From: Candidatus Poribacteria bacterium
GTDB taxonomy: Bacteria; Poribacteria; WGA-4E; WGA-3G
DNA: 64,000 nucleotides
Assembly (NCBI GenBank): GCA_965214095.1
Contig: OZ243938.1
Location: 2,016,001-2,080,000 of the forward strand
Reading direction: 5' to 3'
The notes under the pieces were generated by a model. The model did no database searches. It saw only the letters and a program-made list of their open reading frames with translations, and was not told the origin of the DNA. The position numbers and the translations under genes are program-made. Position 1 is the stretch's first letter. Every line of letters starts with the position of its first letter. Positions 1-9,842 of this stretch are shown in pieces.

Positions 1-1260
1 TCTCCACTTTAGCACAACATTGATGCCCCGTTTTTCCCATCTCATAGCTGCTTGTTTACACCTTTCTCCGACAACATGTTTACACGCACTTTCAATCACA
101 CCGCTTCCAATCATATACCCTTTTTCTCTAAACGCTTTATACTGCATGCGGTTGGCATGTTTTTCAAAATATCTTGCTTCTCTTTCTAAACTCTCTGACA
201 CCTCTGGGTGCTGTGTGGCTAAGGCACGAATACTTGAGGCAACTTCTGCGATGTTCCCATCATGCAGAAAACATTCTGTTTCTTTTGTCCACGCTTCAAA
301 CAACTCCGTTTCTGTCTCTTCAAACACAAGTTTCGCAACATCATACAGATGAGACACGGCGTGTGGATAATCCACAATCTGAACAGCATTAGGAAAGTAT
401 TCTTTACAAAGGTTCCAAATCCATGCAGCACCATCTCCGATAAATACAATCACTTGTGTATTTATATCTTTTTGATAGATGCCACTTTTTAGTGCTAACG
501 CATACAACTTCTTACCAAAAGCGGCGGCATTTTGACGACCCGCAACATACCGAATACTTTCTGTTCTCACACTCGGGGTCCCACCCGAAACAGGTTGTGG
601 ATAATCTCTGTAAATACACCCCACTTTCACCTCTTTCCACCCATCCGGAGAGTTCGTGTGGCACCCATCGCAACTCACATACCAACGCTGATTTTCCTTA
701 AGTTCTTGAGCCTCTACTTGTTCACATACATCCAAATCTTCTGCCAACTTACACACACTTTGATGAAGTGTCGTGTGACTCACTTCTATACCTTGATGAG
801 ACAACTCCTCTGATGCTTCCCTATAGTCAAGCCGCGCAGACAAACGACACATCGCTTCAGCGACACGATGCGTGTATTGATCCGATAACTTCTGTTTGAC
901 TTCCCACGGGGCATGCCTATGTCCGTGTTCACAACAATACACCCAACGCCTTATATTTATTTTGCCACAAAGAGTTGTTAGATGTTTCGCACGCTTGCGT
1001 AATGGACGGCAAGGTGCTTTACACTCTGGACATTCAACAGGTTCACTCTCTTGCTTACTTGCCTTTTTAGAGACACACATTTCTAAAAACTTTTGTTCAA
1101 GAGAACGAAATGCTTCAAAAACACGAACTTCAACATCATCTAAAGATAAACTCTCGTTAACATTGATGTCTCCATAGAGATCGTTTACTTCTTTAACAAT
1201 CTTTCTAAAATCATCTTCGTAATCGTTGCTTTCATGAACACTTAATGATATACTTGACAT
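1..1260 (-). CDS. ISKra4-family (UPF0236) DDE transposase, 3' end runs off the window
   Basis: Manually translated open frame from ATG at 1260 to base 1 (420 codons, no stop, hence absent from the ORF track): MSSISLSVHESNDY...CPECKAPC...VSCDG...FIGDGAAWIW...IVDYPHAVSHL...GYMIGSGVIESACKHVV. These are hallmark ISKra4 motifs. RBS AGGAG upstream. Confidence 0.9.
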   Translation of the reverse strand, partial: MSSISLSVHESNDYEDDFRKIVKEVNDLYGDINVNESLSLDDVEVRVFEAFRSLEQKFLEMCVSKKASKQESEPVECPECKAPCRPLRKRAKHLTTLCGKINIRRWVYCCEHGHRHAPWEVKQKLSDQYTHRVAEAMCRLSARLDYREASEELSHQGIEVSHTTLHQSVCKLAEDLDVCEQVEAQELKENQRWYVSCDGCHTNSPDGWKEVKVGCIYRDYPQPVSGGTPSVRTESIRYVAGRQNAAAFGKKLYALALKSGIYQKDINTQVIVFIGDGAAWIWNLCKEYFPNAVQIVDYPHAVSHLYDVAKLVFEETETELFEAWTKETECFLHDGNIAEVASSIRALATQHPEVSESLEREARYFEKHANRMQYKAFREKGYMIGSGVIESACKHVVGERCKQAAMRWEKRGINVVLKWR

Positions 1261-1372
1261 TGGTATCCTCTCCTAAACTTGTGATTTATTTATTAGGTTA
1301 GGATACCATGTGTATACATGCAAAGCAAGAACTCCATTCAAGGCAATTTCATGCCAAAAACTTTACACACCC
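1..1372 (-). mobile_element. ISKra4-family insertion sequence (partial); terminal inverted repeat at 1352-1372
   Basis: TGCCAAAAACTTTACACACCC (1352-1372) upstream of the transposase is identical to the terminus of the TSD-flanked element at 49976-49996. Confidence 0.85.
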
Positions 1373-1600
1373 GTATTTTGCTCCTGTTTTTGTGATTTTA
1401 TTGCTATTATTATAACTGGTTGGAAGTGGGGTGTGAATGGAATTTTGGGATTGAGGAGAATGGATTCACAATAGATTTCGCGTGGGAATTATTTGAATTG
1501 CGGGTTGGTTTGAGAATCGCGGATTATGTAGATTGAAGATATGTAACTTCATGCAATCCGAGAAGTAGGAATTATTTTATTTTCAGCCATACAGACATAC

Positions 1601-2911
1601 CTACGGAGGTGTCAGCATTACTGCGATGTCATCTGGTAGTTTTACATTAAGTTTCTGTTCAAAATCTTCAATGTTTGAATATGACTCTTGAAACAAAGTT
1701 ATGATATTTTCACCCATGTTTCTAATGTCTGTCATGTCTACTTTGGCTTTTTCCCACTCATGCGAATGTAATAGTGCCATAATGCGACTCTTATAGTACA
1801 GAACGTTTTCTGGTTTGAGTTGAATGGCTTGATCATAGTTCTCGGTTGCACGAGTAAAATCACCTTTTTTATAGTAAGCATAACCGAGATTGTGATAAGC
1901 ATCAGCAAAATTACTATTATACTTTAAAGCAAGGGTATAATCTTCTATAGCACGGTCCTCCTCGCCTTTTTCATCGTAAGCAACACCACGACTGAAATGG
2001 GCTACAGAAACTGTGGAAGTGTCTGCAGGTTCCGATTGTATGAATTCAGTATAGTATTCAATAGCAATGTCCCAATTTCCACTTTGATGTGCTTCAGTGC
2101 CGCGTTGTAAATAGTAATGCACATCAGGTTCACTATGTTTTTTATTGTGTGCATGTAAACGTGCGAATCCATCAAAATCAGGGTAAATACTACCTTCAGT
2201 GATACCAAATATTTGTTCCAAGAATATTAGGATCTCTTGTTTATAATCTTCCTCAATAACACATTCAGCTTCTGCTTCAATTTGAGCACCGCTAAATACA
2301 AAGATGGACTGTTGTGCGATAATACGGTTATTTTGAAGTTTAGGTGACCATTGATACTGCAAATATCTACCGTTTTCATCCGGTTGAAGAAAATAATAAA
2401 TATCTTTTTCCATCAACTTAGGATTAACTGTTTTCAAGCGAACCGTATCATCACAATTAATAGCAAATACTTTCCCATTTGTTTTCCCGTTTGCTTTTCT
2501 ATCTGAGCTTGTCTGGCATGCAAACCAAAGCGCAACCAGTGAATTACGCGAAAAATCTATCAGACATGTAGCTGCACCGAAGTGCTGAAGTTCCGCAAGC
2601 AGTTCCAGATCAGTTAGCTGCCTACCATTTCTTTGATCATGCCCCAAACCCCGTGCTTTATCTATCAATTCTTGGTTTATTTTCAGTAACTTACTCGGAT
2701 TATTTTGGTCCGCATCAGGTAAACGACGACAAGCAGACGCTTCAATCCCGTATGTTTCTTTCGTAACACCACGAAAAAGATATTGACCATTCTTAAATCG
2801 TTCTGCCCATTTTATAAACTCGTTTAAAGTTTTAACAATATCGTTATTATTTTCCAAGATGATTATTTGTCCGCATTTAAGTATTCCTTGTGTTTCAAAG
2901 TATGATGTCAT
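1601..2911 (-). CDS. FRG domain protein with C-terminal TPR repeats
   Basis: FRG motifs YLFRGV, LQHFGAATCLIDFS, ALWFAC, NNRIIAQQSIF; TPRs such as AHFSRGVAY...AIEDYTLAL and AYHNLGYAYYKKGD. Confidence 0.85.
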   Translation of the reverse strand: MTSYFETQGILKCGQIIILENNNDIVKTLNEFIKWAERFKNGQYLFRGVTKETYGIEASACRRLPDADQNNPSKLLKINQELIDKARGLGHDQRNGRQLTDLELLAELQHFGAATCLIDFSRNSLVALWFACQTSSDRKANGKTNGKVFAINCDDTVRLKTVNPKLMEKDIYYFLQPDENGRYLQYQWSPKLQNNRIIAQQSIFVFSGAQIEAEAECVIEEDYKQEILIFLEQIFGITEGSIYPDFDGFARLHAHNKKHSEPDVHYYLQRGTEAHQSGNWDIAIEYYTEFIQSEPADTSTVSVAHFSRGVAYDEKGEEDRAIEDYTLALKYNSNFADAYHNLGYAYYKKGDFTRATENYDQAIQLKPENVLYYKSRIMALLHSHEWEKAKVDMTDIRNMGENIITLFQESYSNIEDFEQKLNVKLPDDIAVMLTPP

Positions 2912-4116
2912 TCAGAGAGTTGGCAGATGCCATTAACTTCAAATTCATGGGGTATGCCGTTCACACACCGTCTGTGTCGACGTCCTTTAAATGTTATTTC
3001 TACCTCATTAGAATTCAAAAGTTTCAAATCAAATTGAAGTATCTCCTCAACTGTGTTTGAAAGTTTCAAATAAAGAATAGACGTTAAACGGGCATATTTT
3101 TCAAATTGAGTTTGTTTTTTACCGAAAATGCGATATAAGGGTGGAATGGGTGAAGCAGAAATATGAAATCCGTTTGAAGTCCCACGAACAAACATTTCCA
3201 ACGTAGCTTCGTTGAATAACCCCACGGTGCCCGTTCGGGTCTGAAAATCTGCTGGGAGTTCACCCAATTCCTTATCAAGCAAAATCCGTTTCGCACGCTC
3301 TTCCGCAATCTTTTCTGGTGTAAAGGATCCAAAGGTCATCTCACCAAGTGGATCGCTATTTTGTCTCTGTCTTTCCTCCTTGAAAACGACTTTCCAAACG
3401 TTTTGGGAACCGGACGTGGTTTCTACAATTTCTTGAGGCTTTATCCAGGCGGCATCTTCTCTAAGCGCAAATGCGATATTAACATCTCTTGCAAACGCGT
3501 CATTGATATGTCTTCTCAAGGTACGGAGAAAAGCAGTTTCTTCGGACGATACTGGAAGCAGTTCAAGCGAAATCTCTGTTGTATCCCAATGTGGATTTTG
3601 AAATGGAATAAAATACAGTTTTTCATCTTCAGAAATTAACAGAACATATTCGTTTGTATCAACCTCAACACTGGGAGTCGTTTGATCTGTTTCATCGGTT
3701 TTTGGTGTTGTACCTGACAACTTCTCATCTAAGATTTCATAAACCTGTTTAATAGTCATTTCCCGTAGATCAAGGTAACCAATCGTCTGTGTAATTCCTG
3801 GGATCTCTGTATCGTCAAGACGAACGGGAAGGATATATTCACGGTTTTCCTTAAATGCTCTTACTTGAGCATGTTGACGTTCATGGTTTGTCCATAACTT
3901 TTGTTGGTAGTGCTTAGACAAAAACATCACACAATAGCGCGCATTGTCTTTATAAACTGATGACAAGTAATCATAAAGGTTTTTGCCCCAAAGATTTGGC
4001 AACTCATTCCCATCATAAAAGCACGAATAGCCATTCGTACCAAGAAGTTCTGCTAACTCTTCGGCATACTTTCTATCTTCTCCAGCAAATGATAATGCTA
4101 CATCATATTCTTCCAT
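2908..4116 (-). CDS. TIR domain protein with uncharacterised C-terminal domain
   Basis: N-terminal YDVALSFAGEDR...CVMFLSKHY..KLWTNHE..ILPVRLDD (bacterial TIR with the catalytic-position Glu). ATG 4116 chosen for the GAGGTG RBS; the ORF track starts at 4125. Confidence 0.88.
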   Translation of the reverse strand: MEEYDVALSFAGEDRKYAEELAELLGTNGYSCFYDGNELPNLWGKNLYDYLSSVYKDNARYCVMFLSKHYQQKLWTNHERQHAQVRAFKENREYILPVRLDDTEIPGITQTIGYLDLREMTIKQVYEILDEKLSGTTPKTDETDQTTPSVEVDTNEYVLLISEDEKLYFIPFQNPHWDTTEISLELLPVSSEETAFLRTLRRHINDAFARDVNIAFALREDAAWIKPQEIVETTSGSQNVWKVVFKEERQRQNSDPLGEMTFGSFTPEKIAEERAKRILLDKELGELPADFQTRTGTVGLFNEATLEMFVRGTSNGFHISASPIPPLYRIFGKKQTQFEKYARLTSILYLKLSNTVEEILQFDLKLLNSNEVEITFKGRRHRRCVNGIPHEFEVNGICQLSE

Positions 4117-4219
4117 CCTTAACACCTCTTAAATCCTTGCAAACTTCGTTTCCACACATTCTCCAATACAGACGCTTTATTGTTCTTTACTTCTACTCTG
4201 AGTCTCTCTAATATGTTTA

Positions 4220-4248
4220 AGCGTATCATAAATAAGGTCATTTGTCAA
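4220..4248 (-). promoter_or_regulatory. Putative sigma70 promoter of the TIR-FRG operon
   Basis: Minus strand TTGACA-N17-TACGCT, with TG immediately upstream of the -10. Confidence 0.45.
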
Positions 4249-4423
4249 TTTCAAATATAATAACAATATTCAATCTATAATAGGATTTATAGAATTTTCT
4301 CATTTGCAGTTTTTATCAAAATCTCGGATTTCTCCGATTACTCGGAGGGCACAGAAGAAGGGGGGTACGCATAGGATTAGACTGCATTGAGATATTACGA
4401 AATATGGATAAATGTTAGGCAAA

Positions 4424-4639
4424 TAGTAGGCACACTCCGCCAATTGCCAAAAGCGTATTTGGTGTTGATTTGGTGTGCCGTAACCGTCCTTTAAGCATGG
4501 CACTCGGAGTGTGCCTACTACTTTTATAGTCAAATTTAGAAACAAATACACATAACTATGATTATACGTTTGTAGTGGTACAATTTGTGCTTCTTCTCTT
4601 TGAATGTAAGAGGCGCAATGAATTGCGCGACTACAAACC
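4424..4639. repeat. Cluster of GTAG-type REP-like palindromes
   Basis: 16-bp inverted repeat TAGTAGGCACACTCCG (4424-4439)/CGGAGTGTGCCTACTA (4505-4520), related to 35397-35463. GCGCAATGAATTGCGCGACTAC is related to copies near 35560 and 46553. Confidence 0.7.
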
Positions 4640-4659
4640 AGTTATTCCCTAAAGGTTTG

Positions 4660-7185
4660 TTATTTTTTGATATGGTACTCTTCAAGGGATTGCTTGAAAT
4701 TGCTGTCCAAGGGTTCTACTAACTGGATGATTTTGTCGCGTTTTTGGATGTCGTTGCGGGATTGATATGTGTTGGCAAGTTTTCTTCCTGTGTCAATTAG
4801 GCGTTTCAGGAATTCAGTGGAGTCAAGTTTGTTTTTCAATGCCTGTTCGTATTTTGATAAGGCATTCTTGGGTTGTCCACGATTAACTAAGCAGATTGCC
4901 AGTGAACATTGGGTATGAAGTAACTTCGTCTTTACTGCTATAATTTCGGGAGTGTCTAGTTTATCCTCCAGTGCTTCTGTTTCTTCACCTTCTGTTGTTT
5001 CCTCCTTTGGTGGTGCTAATTTTGTGAGTCTTGCTATGAGACGCGATTCAATAGCACGGATGTTCTGATATGCTACAGCGTTACGAGGTTCTTTGGTAAG
5101 TGTGGCTTCATAGGCAGTTATTGCTTTCAAGTAATCGGACTTAATAGTATAGAGATAGCCGATCATGTTGTGGATATTCGTGCTCTTCTTGGATTCTGGG
5201 ATGCTATCAAAGACTTCAATAGCAACAGTGTATTTCTTCTGCTGCACGAGTTCGTTTCCACGTTTGAGTTGCATATTAAAGAGGGCTGCTGTTGCTTGTA
5301 GGTGTTCGGGATGGTTTGCGAGTATATGCTCCAATTGGGTTTTTGCTTTGTCGAACTGGCTTGCGTGCTGATATGCTTGCGATAGATTCAGACGGAGATT
5401 GATGTCTTCTGAGAATAGTGTTACTGCTTTTTCAAGTTGATCAACTGCTGTGGTGTGGTTTTTTTGGTTTATCAGATGTTGTGCGTATTGTTGATAGACT
5501 GCGATAAGGTTATGTTGTGCCTGTTCGTCATCTTGTTTTTGGTTGTATACCTTTTGAAACGCTGATAATGCTGATTGATATTGCCCTTTCTTGAGGTATA
5601 AGTCACCGAGCAATGCGTGAATATCGGGTTCATCTGGCTGGAGTTTTTTGAGTTCAAGATATGCTTCAATCGCTGCATCTATGTTGCCTTCAGCACGTCG
5701 TGCGTTTGCTTTCTGCCAGATAGCATCTACCATGTTCGTAGTTGCGATTTCAAGTTTTGGGTCTAATTTGCGTGCTTGCTTGTAGGCAACGATGGCTTCA
5801 TCCCATTTTTTCTGTTCTTTCAATGATACGCCATAACCGACATAACATTTTGCAAACTCTTGTTGTGTTGACATATCTGTGGGTTGGATTTTGAGTGCTT
5901 TTTTGTAGTTCTCAATTGCTTTTGTGAACATTCCATTTATGGAATATCCGTTTGCTAAATACTGATAGATTGTGGGGTTCTGAGGTTCAAGTTGAATTGC
6001 TTTTTTGCTATATTGTTCAGCAGATGGGAAGTCTTTGGTTTTCAGTGCGTGGTGTGTTTTTTCAAGATAGATTTGATGCATGTTTCGTTTTGTGGCTTGG
6101 TGGTGGGGTGAGATTTCTAAAACTTTTTCAAACGCCTGAATTGCTTTGTCTACTTCCCCTTGCCGATAGTGTAGCACACCGAGATGGTTGTATGCTATGG
6201 CGTTGTCTTGCTGTGTTTTCCGCTTGTCCGGTCTAACGAGTTTGTTCTGTAGTAGATCAATTGCAAGGGTCTGATTTCCTGTTTTTTCATAAGCTTGGGC
6301 GAGTTTATGTGATGCGTTGATATTATTGGGTTCAAGTCGGAGACATTCCTGAAAACTCTGGATTGCGGATTCGATGTCACCTTTGTCAAAGTGTATGGTT
6401 CCAAGTAGGTAGTGCAGACGAGGATGATCTGGTGTGCTTTCTATTGTTTTCATTAGGAGACCGATAATAACATCATGCTGAGGTGTGTTGAGTGGCGTGT
6501 TGTAGAGTTTGCGGAGTGTGTTTATATCGCGTTCGGTTGGGTGTTGTGCTGATACTACTGCATAATTGACATCTCCTTCATAAGGACTGTGCCCCCATAA
6601 ACCGAGAGCGTGTCCTAACTCATGGAGACAAACCACTCGCATTTCTTGCTGTGTTATGTCGTCAATTGATCCATCGCTTTCAAGTAAGAGGATAATGTCT
6701 ACTTTAAAATCTATTTCATTTTTTGCATCGGTAGGTTGTTCTTGTTGATCTGTGACTGGATCGGTTCCTGGTTGCTGCTCTGTGGTGTCGGATGCGAAGA
6801 TTATTTGTGTGCTGTTGTCAATGCGCGTGAGTTCTGCACTGCCGAGACGTGTGTCAAGATGTGTTATCAAGGTGCTTTCTCCGGCACTGATACGGATGTC
6901 TGCTTCTTCGGATATGTCGGTTTCTTGAAATGTGATGAGTTGTTCGGTGGCAGTTTCCCATTCTTGCATTGCATACCGTAGTTCTGGTAGGTATGGACTG
7001 TCTTTTATTTTTTGCGAGATGTAGACTTGTATCGGCATTTCTGTGAATCGTGTGATTCTGCCGTCTGAGAAGAGTGTGATGTGGTTGAAGTAGTCAGATG
7101 CGGGGTTGGTGTGGTCGTGTGCAGTTAGGGGTGTTGTGGGGGTTAGGATGATGAAGGTGAGAAGGGGTAGTATCCTGAAAAACAC
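4660..7185 (-). CDS. Secreted matrixin-like zinc metallopeptidase with long TPR array
   Basis: Signal peptide; metzincin motif HELGHALGLWGHS; more than 10 TPR-like repeats. Confidence 0.8.
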   Translation of the reverse strand: MFFRILPLLTFIILTPTTPLTAHDHTNPASDYFNHITLFSDGRITRFTEMPIQVYISQKIKDSPYLPELRYAMQEWETATEQLITFQETDISEEADIRISAGESTLITHLDTRLGSAELTRIDNSTQIIFASDTTEQQPGTDPVTDQQEQPTDAKNEIDFKVDIILLLESDGSIDDITQQEMRVVCLHELGHALGLWGHSPYEGDVNYAVVSAQHPTERDINTLRKLYNTPLNTPQHDVIIGLLMKTIESTPDHPRLHYLLGTIHFDKGDIESAIQSFQECLRLEPNNINASHKLAQAYEKTGNQTLAIDLLQNKLVRPDKRKTQQDNAIAYNHLGVLHYRQGEVDKAIQAFEKVLEISPHHQATKRNMHQIYLEKTHHALKTKDFPSAEQYSKKAIQLEPQNPTIYQYLANGYSINGMFTKAIENYKKALKIQPTDMSTQQEFAKCYVGYGVSLKEQKKWDEAIVAYKQARKLDPKLEIATTNMVDAIWQKANARRAEGNIDAAIEAYLELKKLQPDEPDIHALLGDLYLKKGQYQSALSAFQKVYNQKQDDEQAQHNLIAVYQQYAQHLINQKNHTTAVDQLEKAVTLFSEDINLRLNLSQAYQHASQFDKAKTQLEHILANHPEHLQATAALFNMQLKRGNELVQQKKYTVAIEVFDSIPESKKSTNIHNMIGYLYTIKSDYLKAITAYEATLTKEPRNAVAYQNIRAIESRLIARLTKLAPPKEETTEGEETEALEDKLDTPEIIAVKTKLLHTQCSLAICLVNRGQPKNALSKYEQALKNKLDSTEFLKRLIDTGRKLANTYQSRNDIQKRDKIIQLVEPLDSNFKQSLEEYHIKK

Positions 7186-7291
7186 AACGGAATTCCTTAT
7201 GTGAAAAGATTTATGAATTCGGTAAAGAAGAAAACTAAGTCACATTATATTTCTCTCGTATATTCTGTCAAGTTTTGATTTGGTCGGGAAA

Positions 7292-8461
7292 CTAACTCCG
7301 ACTCGCCAGTTTATTTGCAAAAATGCTAATCAGCCCACCCAACATCAGATACCCGAAAATCACTTCCATCGTGACAAGGAAACGTGCTGTGGCATTGTCC
7401 GCAACGACATCACCGAAACCGAGTGTCGTAAAGGTAACAATGCTGAAATAGAAGGAATTCCAAAACGTTAATGACTCACCACTATATGTCCCCGTTGACT
7501 GATGAAACTGCGGTGACCAGTCCAGGATCCACTCTGGCAACCATGATGGAAACGGCATGTATGCGATAGCAAACAGTAATGCAAAGAAAAGGGACCAGAA
7601 CCCCCACAGACCAAGGTTGCGTCCATAATCCGAACTCCATCTCCATAGGCGCGCTAACAACGGATTCGCTTTTTTGAACGCACGGATAAACTGCTGGTCT
7701 GCAATATATCTCTTAAAAAACGGATTCGCGACTTCGTCCACATGCTGACTGTCTAAATAGAATTCAGTCGGTCTATTTAGATTCTTAGAGAACCGATTGA
7801 TAATTGATTGACGGATAGTGTTCGGGATGTAATGGACATCCCTGAAAGATGCGACAGCAGCAAATTTTGCAGCAGTAAAACGCGAGGTACCGATAAAGGT
7901 TGCACGATTAAAAACAGCTGCACCTGCGAAGTTTGTTCCTGTACTGTCAAGTGTCTGTTGGAATTGGACTTGACTGAAGTTTGCTTCCTTTTGAAATTGT
8001 GCCTCATGAAAGACAGCGTTCTGGTGGAAATGTGCTTGGTGGAAATCCGCTACATTGTGAAAATCCGCACGCCAGAAACTGACGCTTTTGTGGAAGATAG
8101 CACTATGGAAGTTAGCACGTCTCTGAAATGTAACTTCTCGAAATTCACATGGATTTTCAAGCATGGCTTCATCAAAATCAAGGTCTGCTTCAAAGATTGA
8201 CCGTCTGAAAGACATCTCTTTTTGAAAAACGACTGACCGAAAATTGACCACGTTTTTGAATATGCACCCGTTACAAGTGAGCGATTTGTTTAGAAAGATT
8301 CGGTCATTTTCGTCACGTTCAATTTCTGAAGAGAAAAGGTCAACAACACCTTCAATCTTACAATTGGTTAGTGTGATGTCAGTTACATCGCTTTCCAACA
8401 CATCAAGAAACTCTCGTGCATCAATTGTCTCACCTTGCTTTTCATACATTGATTTTGTCAT
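7292..8461 (-). CDS. Pentapeptide-repeat protein fused to a two-TM potassium-channel-like (Ion_trans_2) domain
   Basis: A(D/N)FxxAxF repeats; C-terminal FYFSIVTFTTLGFGD pore motif flanked by hydrophobic helices. Confidence 0.85.
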   Translation of the reverse strand: MTKSMYEKQGETIDAREFLDVLESDVTDITLTNCKIEGVVDLFSSEIERDENDRIFLNKSLTCNGCIFKNVVNFRSVVFQKEMSFRRSIFEADLDFDEAMLENPCEFREVTFQRRANFHSAIFHKSVSFWRADFHNVADFHQAHFHQNAVFHEAQFQKEANFSQVQFQQTLDSTGTNFAGAAVFNRATFIGTSRFTAAKFAAVASFRDVHYIPNTIRQSIINRFSKNLNRPTEFYLDSQHVDEVANPFFKRYIADQQFIRAFKKANPLLARLWRWSSDYGRNLGLWGFWSLFFALLFAIAYMPFPSWLPEWILDWSPQFHQSTGTYSGESLTFWNSFYFSIVTFTTLGFGDVVADNATARFLVTMEVIFGYLMLGGLISIFANKLASRS

Positions 8462-8563
8462 ATAGTAGATTTTGAAATTACTTGAACACCCAACATCGGC
8501 GAGGTTAGGAAACCTCGCCTACCGTGGGGCGAAAGTGTCAACTTATATTTATAATTCACTATA
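8461..8563. mobile_element. TATAGT-ended MITE carrying one REP hairpin
   Basis: Imperfect ~29-bp TIRs TATAGT...ACAC / GTGT...ACTATA; internal GGCGAGGTTAGGAAACCTCGCCTACCG (8498-8524). Confidence 0.65.
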
Positions 8564-8652
8564 ACATTTGTCAATAATGCCTTGAACGACGGCACAAACT
8601 GCCAGTTTGTGCTACAAAAATGCGGCGTTTTCAATTAGAAATGGTATTATAC

Positions 8653-9807
8653 TTATTCAGACATTTGTGACCAACCGGTGCTTGCGCGTATAGCATCAAT
8701 AGCTATTTGATAACGCCATCCGTCTTGGAATGTGAGATAGGGTTCATGGGGTCGGTCTTCAATATCTGCGAGTAAATCACGGACGAGGGCAGTCCATTTA
8801 TTCTGTATCTCATCTCCGATTTGTGGTAGGTCGTCTTGTAATTCCTGCGGAACAGAAAACTCCTCTACTTCTTCGCCTACATGTTTTGTGATGTGATGAA
8901 GGATGTGTCCGCCTCTACCGACGAGTGTGCCTTGTGTGCCGTAGAAGAACCAACCACCATCGGGTCTATGTGATGGCACACCGGGATGCGTTGCCATTGT
9001 CACAAGGATTGAGTTACCAGTGTCTTTGTTTGGTTTTCCTAACTTGAAGAAGGCAGTATAATCCCATTCAGCGTCACAATCTCGCCATTCAAGTTTTGAT
9101 GCTTCTTCTTGTGTGATCATGGTGCTTCGCCAGACTCGCCAGTCACGTATTTCAGGGACAACGGGGGCTTTTCTCGGATGGATTTTTGCCTCACCGACAG
9201 CTGCCGTAGTTTTCATACCGGTCATCCGCTCAAGCATACCGAGTCGATGTGTGAGTCCGTTGTTCAATGCGCCGCCACCGTGTGCGAGTGAACTCATCCA
9301 ATTCCACGGCTTAATCTTATCTGAAGGGGGACCGTGGATTCTGCGTGTATATCCGACATCAACTGCTGTCAACTCACCGATGATTTTCTTTTCTGTCAGC
9401 AGTTGGCGCACATAAGCAACACTCGGATCGTACCGGTGGGTGGCAGCGAAAGCGTGCTTTAGGTCCGTGTCTTTGATGAGGTTGTAGATATGAGTTGCGT
9501 CCTCTGCGTTGAGTGCGAGTGGTTTTTCACATACAATGTGGCATCCGAGTTCAACGACTAATTCAACTACCTCAGTGCGTAAAATAGCAGGAGTAGTGAT
9601 TGCGACGATATCTGGCTTATGTTCCAACAAACTCTTGCGCCAGTCAATTGAAGCATTTGGAACACCTAATTCGGTGGCGACTCTCCCAACGATTTCAGGT
9701 TTGCGCGCACAGATGGCAAGTACTTCTACACCGTAATGTTGGAATGCTTTTATGTGTCCTTCTGCTGACCATCCTGCACCGACAACGATGGCTGTTAGTT
9801 TTTTCAT
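8653..9807 (-). CDS. Gfo/Idh/MocA family oxidoreductase
   Basis: Rossmann VVGAGW motif, CEKPLA motif, GGGALNNGLTH. Confidence 0.88.
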   Translation of the reverse strand: MKKLTAIVVGAGWSAEGHIKAFQHYGVEVLAICARKPEIVGRVATELGVPNASIDWRKSLLEHKPDIVAITTPAILRTEVVELVVELGCHIVCEKPLALNAEDATHIYNLIKDTDLKHAFAATHRYDPSVAYVRQLLTEKKIIGELTAVDVGYTRRIHGPPSDKIKPWNWMSSLAHGGGALNNGLTHRLGMLERMTGMKTTAAVGEAKIHPRKAPVVPEIRDWRVWRSTMITQEEASKLEWRDCDAEWDYTAFFKLGKPNKDTGNSILVTMATHPGVPSHRPDGGWFFYGTQGTLVGRGGHILHHITKHVGEEVEEFSVPQELQDDLPQIGDEIQNKWTALVRDLLADIEDRPHEPYLTFQDGWRYQIAIDAIRASTGWSQMSE

Positions 9808-9842
9808 CTGATGATAGTTCCTAACGGACGAATTTGATATAC

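Noticed and set aside
20-1177. Short ORFs listed in the track at the left edge
   Set aside because: They are antisense or off-frame shadows of the minus-strand transposase frame 1-1260.
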